A stretch of 64,000 nt of DNA from NCBI GenBank assembly GCA_964016885.1, contig OZ024742.1, positions 13,144,001 to 13,208,000 on the forward strand, read 5' to 3'. The notes under the pieces are model-generated. The model was not told the DNA's origin. It ran no database searches and saw only the letters and a list, made by a program, of their open reading frames with translations. The position numbers were made by a program, and so were the translations under genes. This document shows positions 35,346 to 46,600 of this stretch, one piece after another (within the stretch, counting starts at the first letter, position 1; each line of letters opens with the position of its first letter). This stretch comes from Eledone cirrhosa. Lineage: Eukaryota.

Positions 35346-36557
35346 GAACAGGCGATATAGAACAGAAGATATAGAACAGGCGATATAGAACAGACGATAT
35401 AGAACAGATGATATAGAACAGGCGATATAGAACAGACGATATACAACAGATGATATAGAACAGACGATATAGAACAGATGATATAGAACAGGCGATATAC
35501 AACAGATGATATACAACAGGCGATATACAACAGATGATATAGAACAGGCGATATAGAACAGGCGATATAGAACATACGATATAGAACAGACGATATAGAA
35601 CAGGCGATATAGAACAGACGATATAGAACAGATGATATAGAACAGGCGATATAGAACAGACGATATAGAACAGACGATATAGAACAGATGATATAGAACA
35701 GATGATATAGAACAGATGATATAGAACAAACGATATAGAACAGATGATATAGAACAGACGATATAGAACAGACGATATAGAACATATGATATACAACAGA
35801 CGATATAGAACAGATGATATAGAACAGACGATATAGAACAGGCGATATAGAACAGATATTGAACAGACGATATAGAACAGATGATATAGAACAGACGATA
35901 TAGAACAGACGATATAGAACAGATGATATAGAACAGATGATATAGAACAGATATAGAACAGACGATATAGAACAGACGATATGGAACAGATGATATAGAA
36001 CAGATGATATAGAAAAGATGATATAGAACAGACGATATAGAACAGACGATATGGAACAGATGATATAGAAAAGATGATATAGAACAGACGATATAGAACA
36101 GACGATATAGACCAGACGATATAGAACATATGATATAGAACAGATGATATAGAACATACGATATGGAACAGACGATATGGAACACACGATATACAACAGA
36201 CAATTTACAATAGATGATATAGAACATATGATATACAACAGACGATATAGAACAGACGATATAGAACAGACGATATAGAACAGACGATATATAACAGACG
36301 ATATACAACAGATGATATACAACAGACGATATACAACAGACGATATAGGACAGATGATATAGAACAGACGATATAGAACAGATGATATAGAACAGATGAT
36401 ATAGAACATACGATATAGAACAGACGATATAGAACAGATGATATAGAACAGACGATATACAACAGACGATATAGAACAGACGATATACAACAGACGATAT
36501 ACAACAGACCATATACAACAGACCATATACAACAGACGATATAGAACAGACGATAGA
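35346..36557. repeat. 14-bp minisatellite AGAACAGAYGATAT (~86 units)
   Basis: Seen directly; it is the source of the minus-strand ISSVLYRLFYIVCS ORFs. Confidence 0.97.
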
Positions 36558-36984
36558 ATGTGCAACTTGTTCAGATGATATAATTGCCTTCGAAAACATT
36601 GATAGAAAACATTGATTAGAAAGCAACGGTAGAAGAAATATTTTGGGCGGATAAATGAGGGAAGATTCGTACTGTCAATAACGAACTTGTAATGTATGTT
36701 AGTTAAAAACCTATGGATGTATCCATGAACATTTGGAAGTCCATAAAAACTGAAGATCAAATACTAGAAGATTCCTAGCTCAACTGGGACGTTTAAATTC
36801 TAGGTTCAGATGGAAGATACTTGACTTTTAGCGTATGTATATATGAACCTGCAACTCCTGGTAGAGTACTAGGGCTGCTGCAGTGACATACATCATGTTG
36901 GGGGCATTTGAAACTAGGTGGAGACGATTATTTTGTTAGGAAGGTTTGAGTAATAGAGAGAAAGTTAGAATGAGGGATAGATGA

Positions 36985-37146
36985 AGAATCTACCCCAGTA
37001 TTTGTCTGGTACTGCTTCCCTCGACTTCTATATGATGAAAAGTAAAATTGACCTCGGTGAGCTTTGAACTCATGGCTCAGAGACACAGAACTAATACCAC
37101 AAGACATTCTATCTGACGTTCTAACGACTCTAACTATTAGCCGCCT
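36985..37146 (-). mobile_element. Old, diverged S1-type SINE
   Basis: Degenerate core (GATGAAAAGTAAAATTGACCTCGG..TTTGAACTC) and head ending GCCGCC on +. Confidence 0.6.
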
Positions 37147-37256
37147 GTTTTCGTCTATATTTTTATATTTATTTAAACAATTTACTTCACCGCAGTTACA
37201 AATTGATATATATATTAACATATATTTTTTAAATTCTCAAAATAAAGTAAATATTT

Positions 37257-37539
37257 ATATGTGGTGGTTGAAAAGTTCGTAGGTTGGCTATGAAGGAGGG
37301 ATGATAGAGCTGTGAAATCTTGCATGCATTAATTTCATTTGGTCATTCGATGAGAGTATCTTGGTCAACCTATGAAGGAGTGGTGTTAGAGCTGTGAAAT
37401 CTTGCATGCATTAATTTCAACTCTTCGTATTAATAACCGTATTGTTTCTTTCCAGGGACTATGTTGAAAAATGAACCTCATTTGATCATTCCATGAGAGT
37501 ATCTTGGTCAGCCAATAACATTTCAGCCGACCCTCGTAT
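37257..37539 (+). mobile_element. Internally deleted mariner-type DNA transposon (MITE-like)
   Basis: Right end reads TACGAGGGTCGGCTGAAA on the minus strand, with a degenerate match at the left end (TATGTGGTGGTTGAAAAGTTC) and TA flanks. It retains GGGACTATGTTGAAAAATGA, i.e. (G)DYVEK*, a mariner transposase C-terminus. An internal ~50-bp duplication lies at 37288/37370. Confidence 0.7.
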
Positions 37540-37957
37540 ATGGTGTCTGGATCTATCCGAATCTGTTCGTTTTAAGGTCTCCAGAGCAAACTAAATATAA
37601 AACTAGTAAAAGTGTTAAGTTTTCTAGTAAGAGGATTCAATTTGAAACCATATAAGCGATTACACTCTTAGTATCTGAAGAAAAAGTGATTAGAAAGACT
37701 AAAGTATTTTATGTCACGAGATTATGTTAATTTGAGGAATATAAATGATTGACAAATATATGAAACATCAACTTTTCAATAATAAACTACTATACTTGAT
37801 GTCTAACATAGTGGTGGGGGATCAGACATGGTTTGGTAGCGTGCAGGATAAAATGTCATTGCAGTATTTCAGACTTGCCAACCTCTGGACCCTCAAACGG
37901 GGAGTACCATGAACAAAGAAGAGAGAAATTGGACAAAATGGAATGATTTTACATAAT

Positions 37958-38254
37958 GATTTCTAGTATAGGCACAAGGCCAGTAAGTTTTTTGAGGGGG
38001 TCGATTAAATCGACCCCAGTACATTACTGGTTCTTTATTTTATCGACCCTGTAAGGATGAAAGGCAAATTTAACCTCAGCGGGATTTGAACTCGTGATTT
38101 TACATAATTGTTTCTACTTTTGGCACAAGGCCAGCAATTATTTCAGTGTATTACTGGTACTTTATTTTATCGACCCCGTAAGGATGAAAGGCAAAGTTAA
38201 CCTCGTCAAAGCATGACGTCCGACCCTCTACCGATAGTGCCAATCCACCGCCCT
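37958..38254 (-). mobile_element. Two tandem S1 SINEs (37958-38093 and 38109-38254)
   Basis: Two S1 cores, separated and flanked by ATTTTACATAAT three times. The second copy lacks the B-box region. Confidence 0.85.
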
Positions 38255-38874
38255 ATTTTACATAATGAAAGCTATACCTATTTTCACAAGAGAAGACATC
38301 TCTCACCCACCCGAAAGTTGGTGAAAGATCTCGCCGTCGGACGGAGAGAGTTGATAGATTCTGGTATTTGCTCTGGCACTTTACATTCTGAGATTAAATC
38401 AGGCCAAGGGATCGATAAAATAACAGTTATTCAAATTATCCGCTGGCTACTTCTAATTGCCAGAATTTTGTGTATATTGTAAATAAAAAAAAAGCTTGAT
38501 AATGTCGACCTAACAACTTCCATCTCAACTCTGCAATTAAAATAGCTTCCTTTAATTTAATTACCGGCTACAAACCTAATAATCCTGACAGCTATCTCCT
38601 TTAATACAAACAACTGCTCCCTTGCTTCCTCTTCTTAAGACGGCATTACGGTTTGTTTTCATAATCTCTCTCGCGAAATTAATCTAGAAGTTTGGAAAGC
38701 TACAAACATGGAAAGTTTTCAGATATATTCGTCTGACCAAAAGATAGTAATTATCATAAGACCGTTGCTTTTCATTTAATACGAATATTATCGTACCGTA
38801 TTTGCGGTTTCGATACTACTGCTCTCCAGCTTGGACAAGAAACTAGAGAATTATTTTTAATTATCTCTTTATGA

Positions 38875-38991
38875 AGGCATGTGTCTGAGTGGTTAGGGAA
38901 TTGGATTCACAATCGTGAGGTTGTGAGTTCGATTCCTGGACCGGGTGATGCGTTATGTTCTTGAGCAAGACACTTTATTTCACGTTGCTCC
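38875..38991 (+). mobile_element. 5' part of a second tRNA-derived SINE family (S2)
   Basis: A-box-like TGTCTGAGTGG, B-box GAGTTCGATTCC, then TTATGTTCTTGAGCAAGACACTTTATTTCACGTTGCTCC. Confidence 0.7.
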
Positions 38992-39644
38992 TTCTACCTG
39001 GAGTTGCGACCGATAGGTAGTACTAGCAACTGGAAAGACCAACGGAAACATTGTTTCCTTGGTCCGATTTGACGAAAGTCGATCGATCCTTCTATGAACG
39101 AAGTCTCATGAGATATTCATCCCGTATCAAATTATAGATACTGCCTTGTTACTCTCAGCCTGCAATATGCAGTGAACCAGTGGGTTTCCTACAGGAAATC
39201 AGTAAGAAACGATACCATTTTTCGACAGTTATGATATCAAGTAGAAATATATGTATCTCAAGAGAAATAAATGTAGTTTTCGTGGACTAGCGCTTCGTTT
39301 GTTCTAGGTCTTCTGCAGCTGAAATTCTTCAAGAAGATTTATTATTTCCACATATAACACAATTAGAGACCCAATATATTCCAATCTAAGCCTATATCAG
39401 TTTATGGTTATTCCTAGAGAATACCAATAGAAAACTTTCTATCGATCTCTACATGTAACACAGAGAAATTCTGCTTTCTTGATGCAGGGCTTAACATCAT
39501 TAAAGATGACAATAACTGCTTGTCTACGACAGAACTGTTCGGAGGGAATGTTATGCTGTCGGGTATCTCACATACTTCTCACGGGGCAGTGTAGTTGAGG
39601 GGGGAGGGCAAGGGAAGATATAACGCGAGAGCTAGAGACTGAAC

Positions 39645-40672
39645 GAGAGATAGTGAGAAAAAGAAAGACAATGAGATAGGGAGAAAGTGAGACAGAGAAA
39701 GAGGGGGGAGTGAGATAGAGAAAGATAGGGGGGAAGAAAGGGAGACAACGAAAGAGAGAGAGAGGGGAGAAAGTGAGATAGAGAAAGAGAGAGAGAAAGG
39801 GAGAAAGTGAGACAGAGAAAGAGAGAGAGGGGGGAGAAAGTGAGACAGCGGTTAGGAGAGGGAGAGGGAGGAAGAGAGACAGAGAAAGAGAGAGGGGGAA
39901 GTGAGACAGAGAGAGAGAGGGAGAGGGAGAAAGTGAGACAGAGAAAAAGAGAGGAGGGAGAAAGTGAGACAGAGAAAGAGAGAGGGAGAGAGAGAAAGAG
40001 AGAGAGGAAGAGGGAGAATGTGAGACAGAGAAAGAGAGAGGGAGATGGAGAAAGTGAGACAGAGAAGAGAGAGAGAGAAAGTGAGACAGAGAAAGAGAGA
40101 GATAGGGAGAAAGTGAGACAGAGAAAGAGAGAGAGAGGGAGAAAGTGAGACAGAGAAAGAGAGAGAAAGAGTGAAAGTGAGACAGAGAAAGAGAGAGGGA
40201 GAGGGAGAAAGTGAGACAGAGAAAGAGATAGGGAGAGGGAGAAAGTGAGACAGAGAAAGAGAGAGAGGGAGAAAGTGGGACAGAGAAAGAGAGAGAAAGA
40301 GTGAAAGTGAGACAAAGAAAGAGAGAGGGAGAGGGAGAAAGTGAAACAGAGAAAGAAAGAGGGAGAGGGAGAAAGTGAGACAGAGAAAGAGAGAGTAGGG
40401 AGAAAGTGAGACAGAGAAAATGAGAGAGTGGAGAGAAAGTGAGACAGAGAAAGAGAGAGAGGGAGAGGGAGAAAGTGAGACAAAGAAAGAGAAAGAGAGT
40501 GAAAGTGAGACAGAAAAAGAGAGAGGGTGAGGGATAAAGTGAGACTGAGAAAGAGAGAGGCAGAGGAAGAACGTGAGACAGAGATGAGAGACAGAAAGTG
40601 AGACAGAGAAAGAGAGGGGGAGAGGGAAAAAGCGAGACAGAGAAGAGAGAGAGAAAGTGAGACAGAGAAAGA
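39645..40672. repeat. GA-rich minisatellite with anchor AAAGTGAGACAGAGAAA (variable ~27-35-bp units)
   Basis: The anchor recurs about 30 times; seen directly. Confidence 0.93.
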
Positions 40673-40675
40673 CAG

Positions 40676-43600
40676 TGGTTGTCGGTTGTTGGTTGTTGTT
40701 GGTAGTTGTTGTTGGTTGTTGTTGGTTGTTGTTAGTTGTTGTTGTTGATTGTTGCTGTTGGTTGTTGTTGGTTGTTGTTGGTTGTTGTTGTTGGTTGTTG
40801 TTGGTTGTTGTTGGTTGTTGTTGGTTGTTGTTGTTGGTTGTTGTTGGTTGTTGTTGTGGTTGTTGTTGTTGGTTGCTGGTGTTGGTTGTTGTTGTTGGTT
40901 GTTGTTGGTTGTTATTGTTGTTGTTGGTTATTATTGTGGTTGTTGGTTGTTGTTGTTGGTTGTTGTTGTGGTTGTTGTTGGTTGTTGTTGGTTGTTGTGT
41001 TTATTGTTGGTTGTTGTTGGTTGTTGTTGTTTTTGTTCTTGTTGGTTGTTGTTGTTGGTTATTGTTGTTGGTTGTTGTTGGTTGTTGTTGGTTGTTGTTG
41101 CATGTTGTTGTGGTTGTTGGTAGGTTGTTGTTGGTTGTTGTTGGTTGTTGTTGGTTGTTGTTGGTTGTTGTTGGTTATTGCTGTTGTTGTTGTTGGTTGT
41201 TGTTGGTTGTTGTTGTTGGTTGTTATTGGTTGTTGTTGTGGTTGTTGTTGGTGGTTGCTGGTGTTGGTTGTTGTTGTACGTTGTTGTTGTTGGTTGTTGT
41301 TGGTTGTTATTGTTGTTGTTGGTTATTATTGTGGTTATTGCTGGTTGTTGTTGTTGACTGTTGTTGTTGTTGGTTATTGTTGTTTTTTGTTGGCTGTTGT
41401 TATTGGTTGCTGTTGGTTATTGTGGTAGGTTGTTGTTGTTGGTTGTTGTTGTTTTTGGTGGTTGTTGTTGTTGTTGATTGTTGTTGTTTGTTGTTGCATG
41501 TTGTTGTGGTTGTTGGTTGTTGTTGGTTGTAGTTGGTTGTTGTTGGTTGTTGTTGGTTGTTGTTCTTATTGTTGTGTTGTTTGTGTTGTTGTTTTTGGTT
41601 GTTGGTGTTGGTTGTTGTTGTTGGTTGTTTTTGTGGTTGTTGTTGGTAGGTTATTGTTGGGTGTTGTTGGTAGTTGTTGGTTGTTGTTGGTTGTTGTTGT
41701 TGGTTGTTGTTGGTTGTTGTTGTTGGTTGTTGTTGGTTGTTGTTGGTGGTGGGTGTTGTTGTTGTTTTTGTTGGTTGTTGTTGTTGGTTGTTGTTGTGTG
41801 GTCGTTGTTGTTGTTTTTGTTGGTGGTGGTGGTCGTTGTTGGTTGTTGATGGTTGTTGTTGGTAGGTTGTTGTTGGATGTTGTTGGTTGTTGTTGGTTGT
41901 TGTTGGTTGTTGTTGGTAGTTGTTGTTGGTTGATGTTGTTGGTTGTTGTTGGTGGTTGTTGTTGTGGTTGTTGTTGGTTGTTGGTTGTTGTTGGTTCTTG
42001 TTGGTTCTTGTTATTTTTGGTTGTTGTTGTTGTTGTTGGTTGTTGATGGTTGTTGTTGTTGGTTGTTGTTGTTGGTTTTTGTTGTTGGTTGTTGCTAGTT
42101 GTTGATGTTGTTGGTTGTTGTTGTTGGTTGTTGTTGGTTGTTGTTGGTTGGTTGTTGTTGTTTTTGTTGATGGTTGTTGGTTGTTGGTGTTGGTTGTTGT
42201 TGGTTGTTGTTGTGGTTGTTGTTGGTAGGTTGTTGTTGGTTGTTGTTGGTTGTTGTTGTTATTGCTGCTGTTGTTGTTGTTGTTGGTTGTTGTTATTGGT
42301 TGTTGTTGGTTGGTCGTTGTTGTTGTTGGTGGTGGTTGTTGGTTGTTGTGGTTATTGTTGGCTGTTGTTGGTTGTTGATATTGGTTGTTGTTGTTGGTTG
42401 TTGTTGTAGTTTTTGTCGGTAGGTTGTTGTTGGTTGTTGTTGTAGCTTGTTGTTGTGGGTTTTTGTTTTTGGTTGTCGTAGGTTGTTGCTGATTGTTGTT
42501 GGTAGGTTGTGGTTGGTTGTTGTTGTTTTTGTTGTAGGTTGCTGTTGTTGGTTGCTGCTGTAGGTTGCTGTTGTAGGTTGCTGCTGTTGTTGGTTGTTGT
42601 TGTTGTTGGTTGTTGTTGTTGTTGGTTGTTGTTGTTGGTTGTTGTTGGTTGTTGTTGTTGGTTGTTGTTATTGGTTGTTGTTGGTTGTTGTTGTTTGTTG
42701 TTGTTATTGGTTGTTGTTGGTTGTTGCTGTTGTTGGTAGGTTGTTGTTGGTTGTTGTTGGTTGTTGTTGGTTGTTGTTGTTGGTTGTTGTTATTGGTTGT
42801 TGTTGTTGGTTGTTGTTGCTTGTTGTTGCTTGTTGTTGGTTGTTGTTGGTTGTTGTTGTGGTTGTTGTTAGTTGTTGTTGGTTGTTGTTGTTGGTTGTTG
42901 TTGTTGTTGTTGGTTGTTGTTGTTGTTGGTTGTTGTTGTTGTTGTTGGTTGTTGTTGTTGTAGGTGTTGTTGTTGGTTGTTGTTGTTGTTGGTTGTTGCT
43001 GTTGTTTGTTATTGTTGGTTGTTGTTGGTTGTTGTTGTGGTTGTTGTTGTAGGTTGTTGGTGTTGGTTGTTTTTGGTTGCTGTTGTGGTTGTTGTTGGTT
43101 GTTGGTTGTCGTTTGTTGTTGTTGGTTGTTGTTGGTTGTTGTTGTTGGTTGTTGTTATTGGTTGTTGGTGGTTGTCGTTGTTGGTTGTTGTTGTTGTTTG
43201 TTGTTGTTATTGGTTATGGTTGGTTGTTGCTGTTGTTGGTAGGTTGTTGTTTGTTATTGTTGGTTGTTGTGGGTTGTTGTTGTGGTTGTTATTGGTTGTT
43301 TTTGGTTCTTGTTGTTTCTTGTTGCTGGTGTTGGTTGTTGTTGTTGTTGGTTGTTGTTGCTTGTTGTTGTCGGTTGTTGTTGTTGGTTGTTGTTGTTGGA
43401 TGTTGGTGTTGGTTGTTTTTGGTTGTTGTTGTTGTTGTTGGTTGTTTTTGGTTCTTGTTGGTTCTCGTTGTTGTTGTTGGTTGTTGTTGTTGGTTGTTGC
43501 TGGTTGGTTGGTTGTTGTTCTTATTGGTTGTTGGTGGTTGTCGTTGTTGGTTGTTGTTGTGGTTTGTTGTTGTTGTTGGTTGTTGTTGGTTGTTGCTGTT

Positions 43601-46600
43601 GTTGGTAGGTTGTTTTTGGTTGTTGTTGGTTGTCTTTGGTTTTTGTTGTTGGTTGTTGTTGGTTGTTGTTGGTGGTTGTTTTTGGTTGGGTGTTGTTGTT
43701 GTTGGTTGTTGTTGTTGTTGGTTGTTGCTGTTGTTGGTTGTTGTTGTTGATGTTGGTTGTTGTTGTTGGTTGTTGTTGTTGGTTGTTGTTGATGTTGGTT
43801 GTTGTTGTTGGTTGTTGTTCTGGTTGGTTGTTGTTGTTGGTTGTTGTTGTTGTTGGTTGTTGCTGTTGTTGGTTGTTGTTGTTGATGTTGGTTGTTGTTG
43901 TTGGTTGTTGTTGTTGTTGGTTGTTGTTGTTGGTTGTTGTTGTTGTTGGTTGTTGCTGTTGTTTGTTATTGTTGGTTGTTGTTGCTTGTTGTTGCTTATT
44001 GTTGCTTGTTGTTGGTTGTTGTTGGTTGTTGTTGTTGGTTGTTGTTGTTGGTTGTTGTTGGTTATTGTTGTTGTTGGTGGTTTTTGTTTGTTATAGTTGT
44101 TGTTGTTGTTGTTGTTGGTTGTTGTTGTTGTTGCTGTTGATTGTTATTGTTGGTTGTTGTTGGTTGTTGTTGTTTTTGTTCTTGTTGGTTGTTGTTGTTG
44201 GTTATTGTTGTTGGTTGTTGTTGGTTGTTGTTGGTTGTTGTTGCATGTTGTTGTGGTTGTTGGTAGGTTGTTGTTGGTTGTTGTTGGTTGTTGTTGGTTG
44301 TTGTTGGTTGTTGTTGGTTATTGCTGTTGTTGTTGTTGGTTGTTGTTGGTTGTTGTTGTTGGTTGTTATTGGTTGTTGTTGTGGTTGTTGTTGGTGGTTG
44401 CTGGTGTTGGTTGTTGTTGTACGTTGTTGTTGTTGGTTGTTGTTGGTTGTTATTGTTGTTGTTGGTTATTATTGTGGTTATTGCTGGTTGTTGTTGTTGA
44501 CTGTTGTTGTTGTTGGTTATTGTTGTTTTTTGTTGGCTGTTGTTATTGGTTGCTGTTGGTTATTGTGGTAGGTTGTTGTTGTTGGTTGTTGTTGTTTTTG
44601 GTGGTTGTTGTTGTTGTTGATTGTTGTTGTTTGTTGTTGCATGTTGTTGTGGTTGTTGGTTGTTGTTGGTTGTAGTTGGTTGTTGTTGGTTGTTGTTGGT
44701 TGTTGTTCTTATTGTTGTGTTGTTTGTGTTGTTGTTTTTGGTTGTTGGTGTTGGTTGTTGTTGTTGGTTGTTTTTGTGGTTGTTGTTGGTAGGTTATTGT
44801 TGGGTGTTGTTGGTAGTTGTTGGTTGTTGTTGGTTGTTGTTGTTGGTTGTTGTTGGTTGTTGTTGTTGGTTGTTGTTGGTTGTTGTTGGTGGTGGGTGTT
44901 GTTGTTGTTTTTGTTGGTTGTTGTTGTTGGTTGTTGTTGTGTGGTCGTTGTTGTTGTTTTTGTTGGTGGTGGTGGTCGTTGTTGGTTGTTGATGGTTGTT
45001 GTTGGTAGGTTGTTGTTGGATGTTGTTGGTTGTTGTTGGTTGTTGTTGTTGGTTGTTGTTGGTAGTTGTTGTTGGTTGATGTTGTTGGTTGTTGTTGGTG
45101 GTTGTTGTTGTGGTTGTTGTTGGTTGTTGGTTGTTGTTGGTTCTTGTTGGTTCTTGTTATTTTTGGTTGTTGTTGTTGTTGTTGGTTGTTGATGGTTGTT
45201 GTTGTTGGTTGTTGTTGTTGGTTTTTGTTGTTGGTTGTTGCTAGTTGTTGATGTTGTTGGTTGTTGTTGTTGGTTGTTGTTGGTTGTTGTTGGTTGGTTG
45301 TTGTTGTTTTTGTTGATGGTTGTTGGTTGTTGGTGTTGGTTGTTGTTGGTTGTTGTTGTGGTTGTTGTTGGTAGGTTGTTGTTGGTTGTTGTTGGTTGTT
45401 GTTGTTATTGCTGCTGTTGTTGTTGTTGTTGGTTGTTGTTATTGGTTGTTGTTGGTTGGTCGTTGTTGTTGTTGGTGGTGGTTGTTGGTTGTTGTGGTTA
45501 TTGTTGGCTGTTGTTGGTTGTTGATATTGGTTGTTGTTGTTGGTTGTTGTTGTAGTTTTTGTCGGTAGGTTGTTGTTGGTTGTTGTTGTAGCTTGTTGTT
45601 GTGGGTTTTTGTTTTTGGTTGTCGTAGGTTGTTGCTGATTGTTGTTGGTAGGTTGTGGTTGGTTGTTGTTGTTTTTGTTGTAGGTTGCTGTTGTTGGTTG
45701 CTGCTGTAGGTTGCTGTTGTAGGTTGCTGCTGTTGTTGGTTGTTGTTGTTGTTGGTTGTTGTTGTTGTTGGTTGTTGTTGTTGGTTGTTGTTGGTTGTTG
45801 TTGTTGGTTGTTGTTATTGGTTGTTGTTGGTTGTTGTTGTTTGTTGTTGTTATTGGTTGTTGTTGGTTGTTGCTGTTGTTGGTAGGTTGTTGTTGGTTGT
45901 TGTTGGTTGTTGTTGGTTGTTGTTGTTGGTTGTTGTTATTGGTTGTTGTTGTTGGTTGTTGTTGCTTGTTGTTGCTTGTTGTTGGTTGTTGTTGGTTGTT
46001 GTTGTGGTTGTTGTTAGTTGTTGTTGGTTGTTGTTGTTGGTTGTTGTTGTTGTTGTTGGTTGTTGTTGTTGTTGGTTGTTGTTGTTGTTGTTGGTTGTTG
46101 TTGTTGTAGGTGTTGTTGTTGGTTGTTGTTGTTGTTGGTTGTTGCTGTTGTTTGTTATTGTTGGTTGTTGTTGGTTGTTGTTGTGGTTGTTGTTGTAGGT
46201 TGTTGGTGTTGGTTGTTTTTGGTTGCTGTTGTGGTTGTTGTTGGTTGTTGGTTGTCGTTTGTTGTTGTTGGTTGTTGTTGGTTGTTGTTGTTGGTTGTTG
46301 TTATTGGTTGTTGGTGGTTGTCGTTGTTGGTTGTTGTTGTTGTTTGTTGTTGTTATTGGTTATGGTTGGTTGTTGCTGTTGTTGGTAGGTTGTTGTTTGT
46401 TATTGTTGGTTGTTGTGGGTTGTTGTTGTGGTTGTTATTGGTTGTTTTTGGTTCTTGTTGTTTCTTGTTGCTGGTGTTGGTTGTTGTTGTTGTTGGTTGT
46501 TGTTGCTTGTTGTTGTCGGTTGTTGTTGTTGGTTGTTGTTGTTGGATGTTGGTGTTGGTTGTTTTTGGTTGTTGTTGTTGTTGTTGGTTGTTTTTGGTTC

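Noticed and set aside
35174-36760. 528-aa hydrophobic repeat ORF
   Set aside because: The 14-bp unit is not a multiple of 3, and all three minus-strand frames give the same peptide.
38450-39610. Possible host exon in the non-repetitive stretch
   Set aside because: No ORF with recognisable homology and no convincing splice pair. Small exons cannot be excluded without RNA data.
39645-40672. CRISPR-like pattern of a constant anchor with variable spacers
   Set aside because: The spacers are short (GA)n variants, not unique sequence. There are no cas genes and the context is eukaryotic.
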